Of a DNA stretch of 64,000 nucleotides, positions 28,619 through 38,679 are shown in pieces. This DNA is from an uncultured Armatimonadetes bacterium (GTDB lineage: Bacteria; Armatimonadota; UBA5829; DTJY01). The stretch's first letter is position 1. The number at the start of each line of letters is the position of its first letter. The DNA lies in the NCBI GenBank assembly GCA_963717145.1, contig OY970325.1:4128001-4192000 (forward strand). Direction: 5' to 3'. Position numbers and translations under genes: made by a program. The notes below the pieces were generated by a model. That model made no database searches and was not told where the DNA came from. It saw only the letters and a list, made by a program, of their open reading frames with translations.

Positions 28619-29072
28619 TGCCGATCTCCTTCGCCTCGATGCTTCGGTGCAACACTATCGGCAGGCAGAGAAGAATGAACCCGACGTCCCTGGCGATCAG
28701 GCTCCAGCCGACTGTGTCGCCGGCGTGCGAAAGGGTGAAGCAGCCGCACTCGATGCTCAACCCGCGAGCCATGGCCGAAGCCGCGGCCGCGATGAACACG
28801 ATGTTCAGCCCGGCGAGCAGAATCCCGCCACTTCTCAGGAAGACGCCTGTGATCAACGACAGGCCGCACAGCACCTCAACCCAGGGCATCACGATGGCGA
28901 AAACGTTGACGGTCGGGACGGGGAGAAGGCGAAATCCTGCCACGCTGTCCGCGAAATCCGACGGCTTCAGGATCTTGCCAACCGCAGCATAGATGAAGAT
29001 CGCGGCCAGGGCCAGGCGGCATACGATTGCGACAGTCTTGTTGCGAAGGATCCAGTCCAGCGTCCTGTGCAT
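28608..29072 (-). CDS. DoxX/MauE family membrane protein
   Basis: FIYAAVGKI, PWVEVLCG, RGLSIECGCF, RDV. Confidence 0.9.
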   Translation of the reverse strand: MHRTLDWILRNKTVAIVCRLALAAIFIYAAVGKILKPSDFADSVAGFRLLPVPTVNVFAIVMPWVEVLCGLSLITGVFLRSGGILLAGLNIVFIAAAASAMARGLSIECGCFTLSHAGDTVGWSLIARDVGFILLCLPIVLHRSIEAKEIGNAG

Positions 29073-29758
29073 CAGTCGCCTGCCTTCATTCCGGATGAAG
29101 TCGGGTATCCGGCGTCCGTCCATCCGGGCAGGCCTTCGAGCATGATCACCACGCGGGTGTGCCCGAGCGCGACGAGTGCATCCGCCAGTTTGATCGCGGA
29201 CGAGCACTGCACATCGCTGCAATAGGTTACCAGCAGCCGATCTTTCGGAATCTTGCCGAGGACTTTCTCGTAGTCCTCCTCGACCGACTCGTACCCGAGC
29301 CATAGCGCACCGGCTATGTGTTCTGCCTCATAGTCCTCGACTGCTCGTGCGTCCAGGAAGATCGCGCTCTTGTTGTCGTAGCAGGCTTTCGCGTCACTGA
29401 GGTTCGTGAAGAGCGCCTGGATCTTCTGCGCCGCAGGCTTGGGCTTCGTCGCTCCGGGGATCGGTGCGACTTCAGTCTTCGGCTTCACAGGCTCGGACTC
29501 CTTGATCGGCTTCTCGGGCGACACGGTTGCCGGCGCCGACTCGATTGCGGTCGGCTTTGCGCTCGGCGCAGGAGTCGGCTTGCGTTGTGGCGACTGGGCC
29601 ATCAGCAGCTCCCTCTTGACCGTGAGCCTCGTCTCGGAAAGCGGCTTCCGGATGAGCGGCAGACCGTCAGAGCGCAAGGCATTCGAGGTGATGCCGAGAA
29701 CGATCGCGATGGCCAGGAGAATCCCGGCCTGAGCGATAACTCTACGAGCTGCCGGCAT
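29072..29758 (-). CDS. Membrane-anchored rhodanese-like protein
   Basis: FLDAR...HIAGA, TYCSDVQC, LEGLPGW. Confidence 0.9.
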   Translation of the reverse strand: MPAARRVIAQAGILLAIAIVLGITSNALRSDGLPLIRKPLSETRLTVKRELLMAQSPQRKPTPAPSAKPTAIESAPATVSPEKPIKESEPVKPKTEVAPIPGATKPKPAAQKIQALFTNLSDAKACYDNKSAIFLDARAVEDYEAEHIAGALWLGYESVEEDYEKVLGKIPKDRLLVTYCSDVQCSSAIKLADALVALGHTRVVIMLEGLPGWTDAGYPTSSGMKAGD

Positions 29759-31133
29759 CCTTCGTGGCCTCCTTTACGATGTTTCCATATACAGGTAGAC
29801 TGATTGACTGGCCTTCGGGGAGGTCAGTGACGATCTTCAATTGTTCCATCACCCTGTCCTCGACTTTGCCGGCAGTCACCACCAGGCTGAGTTTGTAGCT
29901 GCCCTTGCCGTCCTTGAGCGGCTTGAAGCTGGTGATGCGCGCGTACTTCCCCGGCTCAGTCTTGACGATCTTGAATGGCTTGGGAGTCAGCGGCGTGAGA
30001 GTGATCGTCGTTTCGTACTTCCCGCCAGGCTTGAGAGTTCCGAAACTGACGGTGTCGGGACTGAGCTTGGCAATCGGCTGAATCTCGGCTTGCACGGTGA
30101 GCATTATCTTCTCGTGCGCGGGATCATTCGTCTTGACCAGGACGCGCTTCTGTACCTTGCCTTCGTAACCCGAAGAGTCGAACGCGATCTCCACCTTCTC
30201 TGAAGCGCCGGGAGCAATCGGGGGAATCGAGGCCCTGACGACCCTGGTGCACGTGCATATCGCCGTGGTCTTCGTTATCTCCAACGGCGACTTCCCTGTG
30301 TTCTTGTAAGCGAATACCGCCGTGCCCTTCTGTCCTGTGGCAATCTTGCCGAAATCGAATACGGTCTTCTCGAACTCGATGGTCGGCGCCATCGACGGGT
30401 CTACGGCGACGGGAGGCGGTTGTGCCCCATTTCCGGCCCCGGACATCACGTTTCCGTACAGGTAGTGGGCTATGGACGGGTTACCGGGAAGGTCGGTAAC
30501 GATGCTCAGTTGTCCGAATATCCTCTCGGGGGCCTCACCTGCGGTTACCTGGACCTTCACGGAGTACTTTCCATCCGCTCTGGGCGTCTTGTCGAATGCC
30601 TTCACGGTCACCTGCTTGGTGCCGCCGTCTACGCTTAGTATCTTGAACTTCTGTTTTACCAACGGAGTGATCAGAATCTCTGTCTCGGTAGTCGAATGAG
30701 GCTTAAGGTTGCCGAGTGTGGTCTGGGGAGGGGTCAAGTCGGCGATAGGCAGCACCTCGCCTACTATCGACAGTGTTGTCGTCGGATGGTCCGGATCGTT
30801 GGTTGCGACGGAGATCGTCTTGCCGATCGGCCCTCTGAAGCCGGAGGAGCTGAACACTGCCTCGATTGACGCGGACTTGCCAGGGAGCACTTTGACCTGA
30901 GTGGCTTTGGCATCGGTGCAGCCGCAGGACGCGCGCAACTTTTTGATCTCCAGTTCGGCATCGCCCGTGTTCTTGAACGGGAAGACCGCCTTGACCTTCT
31001 CCCCTTCGAGGGGCGTGCCGATGTCGAAGCTGGTCTTCTCAAACTCGATCGTCGCTGCTGCCATAGACGGCATGCTTGTGAGCAGATAGAGGCCTAACAG
31101 CAGGCCGATCATAGTAAGATAACGTAGTCTCAT
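29742..31133 (-). CDS. Secreted protein with two DUF1573 Ig-like modules (CxC motifs)
   Basis: Signal peptide; FKNTGDAELEI..ASCGCT and YKNTGKSPLEI..AICTCT; TNDP motifs. Confidence 0.85.
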   Translation of the reverse strand: MRLRYLTMIGLLLGLYLLTSMPSMAAATIEFEKTSFDIGTPLEGEKVKAVFPFKNTGDAELEIKKLRASCGCTDAKATQVKVLPGKSASIEAVFSSSGFRGPIGKTISVATNDPDHPTTTLSIVGEVLPIADLTPPQTTLGNLKPHSTTETEILITPLVKQKFKILSVDGGTKQVTVKAFDKTPRADGKYSVKVQVTAGEAPERIFGQLSIVTDLPGNPSIAHYLYGNVMSGAGNGAQPPPVAVDPSMAPTIEFEKTVFDFGKIATGQKGTAVFAYKNTGKSPLEITKTTAICTCTRVVRASIPPIAPGASEKVEIAFDSSGYEGKVQKRVLVKTNDPAHEKIMLTVQAEIQPIAKLSPDTVSFGTLKPGGKYETTITLTPLTPKPFKIVKTEPGKYARITSFKPLKDGKGSYKLSLVVTAGKVEDRVMEQLKIVTDLPEGQSISLPVYGNIVKEATKDAGSS

Positions 31134-31161
31134 GTGACTCCTCCCGGGTATTACTTAGCTG

Positions 31162-31860
31162 TCAGACCTCTTGTCCCATCCGCACCGCTGATCCTGCAAC
31201 GGTCCTGCCTTCTACAAGCTCGACCACACGACCGGCGCGGGCTGCCATGCGTGGATCATGAGTGACCATTACTATGGTTATACCCTCATCGATCAGATTC
31301 TGCAACATATCGGTTACACTGTCAGCGGTTGCTGGGTCGAGGTTGCCGGTCGGCTCATCGGCGAGGATGATTGACGGGCTGTTGGCCAGCGTCCTTGCCA
31401 GCGCCACCCGCTGCTGCTGGCCGACGCTCAGTTCCGACGGCTTGTGGTGAAGACGGTTTCCCAGGCCCACCTTGTGCAAAACGGATTCAGCGATGCCCTG
31501 TTGTTCATCTCGCGTCTTGCCGGCGATCATGAGCGGCACCTGCGTGTTCTCGAGGGCCGTCAGGTACGGTATCAGGTTGAAGGTCTGGAACAGGAAACCG
31601 ATCTGCGACCTCCGGAGTTCGATGCGCTCGGCTGGCCGGAGATCGTAGATCGAAACGCCGTTGATCAAGACCTTGCCGGATGTGGGGCGGATCAGTCCGC
31701 CAAGGCTGAGCAGCAGAGTCGTCTTGCCACTTCCGCTCGGGCCGACCAGTGCCACGTACTCGCCCGGCTCGATACTGAGATCGACGCCGGCGAGACCGGC
31801 GACTTCCTTGCTTCCCCGTCCGTAGTTCTTAGAGAGCGATTCGGCGGCTAGAATGGTCAT
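31162..31860 (-). CDS. ABC transporter ATP-binding protein (LolD/MacB-type)
   Basis: [29 protein letters not shown]. Confidence 0.95.
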   Translation of the reverse strand: MTILAAESLSKNYGRGSKEVAGLAGVDLSIEPGEYVALVGPSGSGKTTLLLSLGGLIRPTSGKVLINGVSIYDLRPAERIELRRSQIGFLFQTFNLIPYLTALENTQVPLMIAGKTRDEQQGIAESVLHKVGLGNRLHHKPSELSVGQQQRVALARTLANSPSIILADEPTGNLDPATADSVTDMLQNLIDEGITIVMVTHDPRMAARAGRVVELVEGRTVAGSAVRMGQEV

Positions 31861-31861
31861 G

Positions 31862-33091
31862 CTATCCCTCCATCAGGATCGTCGCCGGATCGAGGCCGGC
31901 CGCGCTCCGTGCCGGTATCGCGGTGGCGAGGACGCTCAGGGCCACTGAGATGAGCAGCGCCCAGGCGAGCAGCGACGGCATCGGGAGCACGGGGATCTGC
32001 GCGATCCGCGGCCCGAGCCATATGGCCAGAACCGTCCCGAGCACATAGCCGATCAGCCCGCCTGCCCCGCCCAGGATGAGCGCCTTGCTGTAGAATATCG
32101 AGAGCACCTGCCGCGGGCTCATGCCGATGGCGATCAGCGTGCCGATCTCCTTGCGCCGTTCCTGGACATTGGCGAACATGTAGTTGGCGATGCTCACTCC
32201 GCCGACCAGCACGATGATCACCAGGAACACGAGCGAGAACTGCGCCATCATGTTGTTGGTCTTGAGCTGCGTGCTGGCGATCTGCGTGACCGTCACCACT
32301 CTGGCGTCCGGCAGGAGCTTGTTGAGCCCCTCGATGAGGCCCTTCGATATCTCCTTGCAGCAGCCGACGACCTCGATCGCGCTGAGCACCCTGCCCTTGC
32401 CGAACATGGTCTGCACGGTGTGAAGGTGGGCGAAGATGCGCGAGTCGTCAACCGTCCCGGTCTGCGGCAGCACCTTCCGCACGGTGAAGCTGTTCCCCTT
32501 CACGGAGAGCTTGCTTCCCTTTGCCAGGGAGAGAATCCGGGCGGCATCGAAGCCGATGATCGCCTGGTCCTGCCCCAGGTCCTGGATGACCTCTTTGCGG
32601 ACGGCTGCCTTGTCGAGCCCGGCATCATCCTGCGTCTTCGCGCCGGGGACTTCGACCGCGCCGCATCCTTGTGGCCTGCTGAAGATGTCCGCCGACATCT
32701 GCCATGCGGGCTTGCTCTGGAACTCGTTCTTCGGCAGGATGCCGGTCAGGATGAACTTCCGGCCATTGAGCGTCACCGGCACGCTCAGCTTGGGCGAGAG
32801 GTTGTCCACGCCCTGCAGGTCGGAGGCCGTGATCTGATCGACGTATGACTCCGGAAGCTCCTCGCTCGCGAAGTCGGCGCTGTAGTAGTCGCTCACGGTC
32901 GCCGACTTGGGCAGGATCAGCACGTTCGCGCCCAGGTTGTCCAGTTCACGTGCGACCGCCTTCTCTGAGAAGTAGGTCACCGTGCGGATCCCCACGATGA
33001 CCGTGATCCCGAGTGTGATCGCGATGAAGCTGGTCACGAGCTGGCTCTTCCGCTCGAGCAGCTCCTTGAAAACGATATCGAGCTTTCTCAT
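31862..33091 (-). CDS. ABC transporter permease (FtsX/MacB-type)
   Basis: N-terminal TM, large periplasmic domain with GCG and GCC, ERRKEIGTLIAIG, C-terminal TMs. Confidence 0.92.
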   Translation of the reverse strand: MRKLDIVFKELLERKSQLVTSFIAITLGITVIVGIRTVTYFSEKAVARELDNLGANVLILPKSATVSDYYSADFASEELPESYVDQITASDLQGVDNLSPKLSVPVTLNGRKFILTGILPKNEFQSKPAWQMSADIFSRPQGCGAVEVPGAKTQDDAGLDKAAVRKEVIQDLGQDQAIIGFDAARILSLAKGSKLSVKGNSFTVRKVLPQTGTVDDSRIFAHLHTVQTMFGKGRVLSAIEVVGCCKEISKGLIEGLNKLLPDARVVTVTQIASTQLKTNNMMAQFSLVFLVIIVLVGGVSIANYMFANVQERRKEIGTLIAIGMSPRQVLSIFYSKALILGGAGGLIGYVLGTVLAIWLGPRIAQIPVLPMPSLLAWALLISVALSVLATAIPARSAAGLDPATILMEG

Positions 33092-33121
33092 CTTTGAACT
33101 AGGCCCTCCACGTGCATTCAG

Positions 33122-33985
33122 CTACTTTGCCGGGCCGCATCCGCTCGGGCCGCAACCGCTTCCGCAAGAGGCCATGGCGCTCTGCAGGCTTGCCATCAGC
33201 TTGGCCTTGGTCGTGTTGCCGTCGAATGTGCCGAGGACCCTGCCCGGAGGGATGATCATCAGCACCTGTGAGTTCGCTGAGGCGGTGTTGACCTTGCACA
33301 TCTTGAGGAAACTGGACTCCGCCTTGTCAGAAGGGTCGATCTTGACTAGTTGGACCACGCCGGTCAAAGCCTTGTCCGCTTTCATGCCCTCGGCGGCAGC
33401 CACGCTCTCTTTGTTGTACTTGGTCCTGCCATTCTCGAGGCACACCAGCGCGAGCTTGCCGCTTTGGACAGCCTTCAGCACGGCGGCCTGGCCGTCAGAT
33501 ACGAAGGCTTCGGCGACAGCGGTGGAGGTGATCTCTTTCGGATTCTGGTAAGCGCCTGTTGTGGCTCCGTTGGGAGCGACCACGAGCGCCACCGGGATCG
33601 GCGCTCGGTCTACGGCCAGGCGTTTGACCAACGGCTGATTGGCGGTATCGCCGACAGCGACAGTCACGAAGTCCGCGCGACTCGCCAGCTTGCCTTGAAT
33701 GGCTTTTACGGTTGCCAGCATCTTGTTGCTGGCGGCATCGCCTTTCTTGTAGAAAGTGACGAACGCATAGCGATTCTTGCCCGCGGCGGCCCGGACTGCC
33801 TTCTCTGCGGGCGTCTCACTGGGCGCGGCCGGCTTTGCCTGGGCGGCCGGCTTTGCAGATGCCGCCATCGCCTGTTGCTCCAGGCCGCCCATTCCAGGCC
33901 TAGTGTGATGATACGTCGCGACGCTGACCACGACTGCGACGACGATCAGCAGACTTACTGCGTAGAATACCTTACTTCTTAGCAT
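33122..33985 (-). CDS. Exported hypothetical protein with Cys-rich C-terminal tail
   Basis: N-terminal hydrophobic anchor; ends SCGSGCGPSGCGPAK. Confidence 0.75.
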   Translation of the reverse strand: MLRSKVFYAVSLLIVVAVVVSVATYHHTRPGMGGLEQQAMAASAKPAAQAKPAAPSETPAEKAVRAAAGKNRYAFVTFYKKGDAASNKMLATVKAIQGKLASRADFVTVAVGDTANQPLVKRLAVDRAPIPVALVVAPNGATTGAYQNPKEITSTAVAEAFVSDGQAAVLKAVQSGKLALVCLENGRTKYNKESVAAAEGMKADKALTGVVQLVKIDPSDKAESSFLKMCKVNTASANSQVLMIIPPGRVLGTFDGNTTKAKLMASLQSAMASCGSGCGPSGCGPAK

Positions 33986-34046
33986 TTTCTTCCCCTTTCA
34001 GCATCATCCACATGGGGAGATGCAACCACAACTTGCCCTATCATGC

Positions 34047-34412
34047 TCACTCGAACTCTGTCTGCACTCCCGCGATGGAGACCGGCATGCGGTCAAGCTT
34101 GTCCTTCGGCGGGCAGACACTCGCCTCGGTCGGCGCCGCATCGAGTGCCACAATCACATCATCCAGGAAGTCCTTGACGACTCCGGACACAGTCTTCCGG
34201 TTGAGTGAGTAATGCGACCACTGACCCACTCGCTTGACATGCACCAGGCCGGCATGTCTAAGCGTGGCCAGGTGATGGGATGCCGAGGATTGGCTTATCT
34301 CGAGTTCCTCAGTGATCTTGCAGACGCACATCTCGCCGTTAAGGGCAAGCATCTCGACGATCCGCAGCCGTGTGGGATCACCGAGAGCTCTGAAGACGCC
34401 GGCTATCAGCAT
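34047..34412 (-). CDS. arsR: ArsR/SmtB family repressor
   Basis: FRALGDPTRL, EMCVCKI, SASHHL; GGAGG SD before ATG at 34412. Confidence 0.92.
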   Translation of the reverse strand: MLIAGVFRALGDPTRLRIVEMLALNGEMCVCKITEELEISQSSASHHLATLRHAGLVHVKRVGQWSHYSLNRKTVSGVVKDFLDDVIVALDAAPTEASVCPPKDKLDRMPVSIAGVQTEFE

Positions 34413-34435
34413 GATTCTCGCCTCCATGCGCGTAT

Positions 34436-34484
34436 TGACATATGTTCATATACCCATGATACCGCCAAGTCGAAACCTTGTCAA
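34436..34484 (-). promoter_or_regulatory. sigma70 promoter of the arsR-ABC-DUF1573-mtrA-like operon
   Basis: TTGACA(34484-34479)-17 nt-TATCAT(34461-34456); AT-rich imperfect palindrome just downstream. Confidence 0.7.
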
Positions 34485-34527
34485 GCCCAATATACCTCGG
34501 AAAGAGTTCACGATCAAGGTAGCAGAC

Positions 34528-34593
34528 GTCATTCTGAACGCAGTGAAGAATCTGGCCGTGCGCAAACAGATTCTTCACTGCGTTCAGAATGAC
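34528..34593. repeat. GTCATTCTGA.CG.AGTGAAGAATCT palindrome family
   Basis: Inverted arms; copies at 58368-58444 and 61159-61229. Confidence 0.9.
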
Positions 34594-34677
34594 ATCCGCG
34601 CAGCGCAACTATCAACAATCGTGAACTCTTACATACCTGGGGGGACGATTCTGCTCAGAGATGTGGAGTGCTGCCCG

Positions 34678-35595
34678 TCATGGGGGGAAGGTCCGCACGA
34701 AGTAGTCGTAGGCCGCGAGCAGCGACTTGGCGCCGTCACCCGCGGCGATCACGATCTGCTTACCGGGCACGCTCGTCACGTCTCCAGCCGCGAAGATTCC
34801 GGGGACGCTTGTGCGACATCCGCAGTCCACCTCGATCTCCTTCCAGCGGTTCAGCTTCACCTCGGCAGGCAGGTAATCAACGTTCGGGACCGCCCCGATC
34901 TCGACGAACACGCCTGCTAGTGGGATCTCCGTCTCTGCCCCGGTGTCGAGATTCTTCACTCTGATCCCCTTCACGAACTGATCGCCATAGATCTCGATTA
35001 TCTGTGTGCGCAGCATGATCGTCTTCTTGCCGCCGGCACGCACGCGGTCCTGCAGTTCCACGTCGCCGGTGAGGTGGTCTTGAGTATCGAGGATGTAGAC
35101 GTGACTCGCGAACTCGAGGAGTTGCATGGCGGCATCGAGCCCGGCGTTTCCCGTTCCGACGACGGCGACATCCATATCGCCGTACAGAGGAGCATCGCAC
35201 GTGGCGCAATAGGTCACCCCACGCGCCTTGAACTCATCTTCGCCCACCACGCCAAGTCTTCTGGCTGATCTGCCGGATGCCACTATCACCGACCGACCTT
35301 CGTAGGTGTTGCTGGCTCCCGTCTCGACGGTGAATGCCATCCCGTCGATCCTGAGACTCGTGACCGCTTCCTGGACCACCTCGACGCCGAAGTCCCGAAC
35401 ATGCGATTCGAACTTCTGGACGAGGTCGTAACCCGAAATGTACCGGTAGCCGAGGTAGTTCTCGATCTCGGCCGCCCACATGGCCTGGCCGCCGATCTGC
35501 GGCGCGATAACGACCTGGTCCACCTTCTTGCGCGCCCCATAGACCGCGGCCGTCATCCCCGCCGGGCCCCCACCGATGATGATCACGTCGTGCAT
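34678..35595 (-). CDS. trxB: Thioredoxin reductase / AhpF C-terminal-like
   Basis: IIGGGPAG, GVTYCATCD, IFAAGD. Confidence 0.9.
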   Translation of the reverse strand: MHDVIIIGGGPAGMTAAVYGARKKVDQVVIAPQIGGQAMWAAEIENYLGYRYISGYDLVQKFESHVRDFGVEVVQEAVTSLRIDGMAFTVETGASNTYEGRSVIVASGRSARRLGVVGEDEFKARGVTYCATCDAPLYGDMDVAVVGTGNAGLDAAMQLLEFASHVYILDTQDHLTGDVELQDRVRAGGKKTIMLRTQIIEIYGDQFVKGIRVKNLDTGAETEIPLAGVFVEIGAVPNVDYLPAEVKLNRWKEIEVDCGCRTSVPGIFAAGDVTSVPGKQIVIAAGDGAKSLLAAYDYFVRTFPP

Positions 35596-35705
35596 CCCGC
35601 ACCCCTATCCGGACGGTCGTACCGACTGACTTCCAGCCGCCCATACTCTGCTTTTACCCAGAGCCTAACATTCTCAGGGTCGCCGCGGACGCCCGAACTC
35701 CGTCG

Positions 35706-36530
35706 CTACTGAGATGTGGACGTTCGGCGGAAGGAGAAACTGAGACGCAGAACAGAATCCCACTCCCGGAGGCTGATTGCCGATCGAATCAGATTCGTCG
35801 CCTGCCAGTCGAGCCTGAGGAAAAAGCCCGGTGCAAGCTCATAGGCCAGGCCCAGGTCGGAGTCTGTTTTGGTGGAACGCAGGGTACTCATCGGCTGGAT
35901 GACGAGAATGTCCATGGTGAGCGCCAACTTGCTGCTGAGAGGCCTCCTGCCGCGTATCGCCGCGACCAGAGATGGTTGCAGGCCCGTATCTTCGTCGCGC
36001 ACGTTGAGGAGACCGATGCCGATATCGCCTTTGGTCTTGGTGTCGAATTGCTTGCCGATCCCATAGGAGAGAAACTCATAGCCCGATTTCCGGATCTTGC
36101 CCGTCGATGATCCCCTGTCCCGAGCGCTCGTCACGGCGGTCAGAACAGTGTAGTCGCTCTTGTTGCGCATCTGCTCCAACCGGGAATCGAGCCGATAGGT
36201 CAGGACATGCGTCGGACGCTTCACGTTGGTCGCGGTGGTATTGACCGAACCCCGGACGTACCAGGTGCGATCGTTCTTTTTCTCGTCCATCGCGAGTCTG
36301 GCGTACAACGAATCGGCGTCCTGCGAAGTAAATCCGCTCAACTGCGCGTCGATCGTGCGTGTGATAGCGGGCTTCTTCGCTGCCGGCTTGGGCGCCGGTT
36401 TGGCGGGTGCGGTCGTCGGCTTGGCCGGCTGCTCGGCCTGAGGCGGAGCGGTCTCAGCGGCAAACGCGGGTGAGACGGCGGCAAGTAATATGAAGATCAT
36501 GCCTGTGATTGCTGGAAATCTGCGGAACAA
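35706..36530 (-). CDS. Exported protein, probable outer-membrane beta-barrel (DUF481-like)
   Basis: Signal peptide, alternating amphipathic strands. Confidence 0.55.
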   Translation of the reverse strand: MFRRFPAITGMIFILLAAVSPAFAAETAPPQAEQPAKPTTAPAKPAPKPAAKKPAITRTIDAQLSGFTSQDADSLYARLAMDEKKNDRTWYVRGSVNTTATNVKRPTHVLTYRLDSRLEQMRNKSDYTVLTAVTSARDRGSSTGKIRKSGYEFLSYGIGKQFDTKTKGDIGIGLLNVRDEDTGLQPSLVAAIRGRRPLSSKLALTMDILVIQPMSTLRSTKTDSDLGLAYELAPGFFLRLDWQATNLIRSAISLREWDSVLRLSFSFRRTSTSQ

Positions 36531-36585
36531 GAACTACCTCCCAGTGGAACTCGGACGGCGGACGCATGGGCTAGTCCGCCTCTGC

Positions 36586-37848
36586 TTATGACGGTTTCCT
36601 CACCCAATTGTTCATCAGAGACAGCCTGATAACCTGCTCTACCGTCTTGGTCAGCAGTTCCCGCGCCCTCGATTGCGCCTCATCGAGCGGCATCGGGTGG
36701 TTCACGATCGACAGAACTGCGACCGCACCTCGGTCGAGCAACGCGTACCCCTCCGGCTCGATGCCGCCCGCGAGCGCGACCACCGGCACGCCCTCCGACT
36801 CAGCCGCGCGGAGCACCCCGTTGATCGTCTTGCCACCGAGTGTCTGAGCGTCGATCCGGCCCTCGCCGGTGATGATGAGCGATGCCCCACGGATCCGCTC
36901 AGTGAAGTGCGTCGCCTCGAGCACGATCGTAATCCCCGACTGCAGTAGCGCCCCCAGGAATGCCACCGAGGCCGCTCCGAGACCGCCCGCCGCGCCTGCA
37001 CCCGGCATGCTCTCGACGTCGATACCGAGGTCCCGGCGGATGACCTCGGCCAGATTGTGGAGGCCGTCATCGAGCGCCAACACCATCTGCGGAGTCGCGC
37101 CCTTCTGCGGCCCGAACACGGCCGATGCGCCCCGTTCGCCGGTGAGCGGATTGTCAACGTCGCTGGCGACGACGAACTCAGTCTCGGCGATCCGAGGATC
37201 GAGGCCGGACAGGTCGATCGTCCGAATGCGGGCAAGCTCTCCGCCGCCGAAACCAACCTCATTCCCGTCGGCGTCCCTGAAGCGTCCGCCGAGCGCCTGG
37301 ATCGCCCCGACGCCGCCGTCATTCGTGGCGCTTCCGCCGATCCCGAGGATCACGCGTCTGCACCCGGCGTCGAGCGCCGCCCGGATCAGCTCCCCCGTGC
37401 CATAAGTGGTAGTGAGCATCGGATTGCGGCGGTCGGGCGGAACGAGCGGGAGTCCGGAAGCGGCGGCCATCTCGACGACCGCCGTGTCACCGTCGCCGAG
37501 GATTCCGAAGAACGAGTCGATCCGGCCACCGAGAGGATCCGTGGCCGGTGCGCGGACGATCCGCCCATCGGTGGCGGTCACGAGCGCCTCGACGGTTCCC
37601 TCGCCGCCGTCCGCGAGAGGGATCAGGATGGTCTCGGCGTCGGGCATCGCACGGAGGACGCCCTCACGAATGGCTTCGGAGGCTTCCCTCGCGCTCAGAC
37701 TGCCCTTGAACGAATCTGGTGAGATGATGATCTTGATGGGACCTGTGGGGGCGAAGCATTGGCTTCCGGTATCCGACGAGTTTTGAGGTTCCGTAGGGGC
37801 GAAGCATTGGCTTCCGGTATCCGACGAGTTTTCATGTTCGGTGGCCAA
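36586..37848 (-). CDS. glxK: Glycerate kinase (GlxK/GarK family)
   Basis: ISPDSFKGSL, PLADGGEGT, GIGGSATNDGG, GAGAAGGLG, ITGEG; nearest canonical start is a TTG at 37848 within a REP. Confidence 0.93.
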   Translation of the reverse strand: MATEHENSSDTGSQCFAPTEPQNSSDTGSQCFAPTGPIKIIISPDSFKGSLSAREASEAIREGVLRAMPDAETILIPLADGGEGTVEALVTATDGRIVRAPATDPLGGRIDSFFGILGDGDTAVVEMAAASGLPLVPPDRRNPMLTTTYGTGELIRAALDAGCRRVILGIGGSATNDGGVGAIQALGGRFRDADGNEVGFGGGELARIRTIDLSGLDPRIAETEFVVASDVDNPLTGERGASAVFGPQKGATPQMVLALDDGLHNLAEVIRRDLGIDVESMPGAGAAGGLGAASVAFLGALLQSGITIVLEATHFTERIRGASLIITGEGRIDAQTLGGKTINGVLRAAESEGVPVVALAGGIEPEGYALLDRGAVAVLSIVNHPMPLDEAQSRARELLTKTVEQVIRLSLMNNWVRKPS

Positions 37849-37862
37849 TGCTTCGCCCCTAC
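37744..37862. repeat. GTAGGGGCGAAGCATTGGC-family REP cluster with ~48-bp tandem duplication
   Basis: Two direct copies plus inverted arm gccaatgcttcgcccctac; related at 24029-24094 and 13464-13530. Confidence 0.85.
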
Positions 37863-37865
37863 GCC

Positions 37866-38669
37866 CTACGTGATGATCGTGTGCAGACGTGTATCGCCCG
37901 CGAGGACAGATGTCGCGTGCATCGAGCATCCCGGCGCCGTGCCTGTGATGTGATAGCCCCTCGGGATCACAACCGTGTCGCCGTCCTCGATCACGTAGAC
38001 CTCGTCCATCGGTCCGGGATCGTTCGGCCCGGTGTAGATGCGGATGAGGCCGAATCCGTGCTGCGGATCCACGCGGAAGTAGCAGACCTCCTCCATCGGC
38101 ACTTCACTCGGCGGGTTGAACGAGTCGTGCTTGTGGGGAACCGCGCTCGACCAGTTGCCTGAGGGAGTCACCCTCTCGGCCACAATCAGCTTGGCGGCCT
38201 TGACGTTCGCCCCGATGGCCTGGTAGACATCCCTTCGCCAGTGGTCCCTGCCGACGGACTCCCTGGCGATGTCGTCGGGCTGGATGACAACCGGCTCAGT
38301 CGTGTGGCCGGTCGCGAGGGCCGAGCATACGGCGATCTCGACCGGCCCTTCCACGACTTTGACGTTATACGATATGCCTGGTGGAAGATATACCGCGCCC
38401 GGCGGTCCGTCGAACACCGATTCCCGCCCGCCGAGTCGCGCACATTTCATCGCGCCCGCTTCAATGGAAACAACGCCCCGGTGGATGTCGAGCGCCTGCT
38501 CGCAATCGCCGGTATCGCCCGACCACTCGCCGGACGTGAGGTAGAGCACCCCGAACTCGAGGTGCTTCAGGCCCTTGTCCCCGCGAGACACGATGCGGTT
38601 GTAGCCCTCATCGAACGGCTTGGCCTTGAACAGGAGATTATCGCTGAAGTCTTCCGCCCGACTCATCAT
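37866..38669 (-). CDS. iolB: 5-deoxy-glucuronate isomerase (IolB/KduI family)
   Basis: GNWSSAVPHKHD, EEVCYF, IPRGYH. Confidence 0.85.
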   Translation of the reverse strand: MMSRAEDFSDNLLFKAKPFDEGYNRIVSRGDKGLKHLEFGVLYLTSGEWSGDTGDCEQALDIHRGVVSIEAGAMKCARLGGRESVFDGPPGAVYLPPGISYNVKVVEGPVEIAVCSALATGHTTEPVVIQPDDIARESVGRDHWRRDVYQAIGANVKAAKLIVAERVTPSGNWSSAVPHKHDSFNPPSEVPMEEVCYFRVDPQHGFGLIRIYTGPNDPGPMDEVYVIEDGDTVVIPRGYHITGTAPGCSMHATSVLAGDTRLHTIIT

Positions 38670-38679
38670 TCCCTCACGG

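Noticed and set aside
21430-34427. Further internal Sec codons in Trx, DUF1573 and ArsR genes
   Set aside because: CxxC/CxC motifs are all Cys-encoded; other TGA stops are followed by the next gene or another stop
37744-37835. Tandem ~48-bp repeats as CRISPR
   Set aside because: Two near-identical units without unique spacers; REP family
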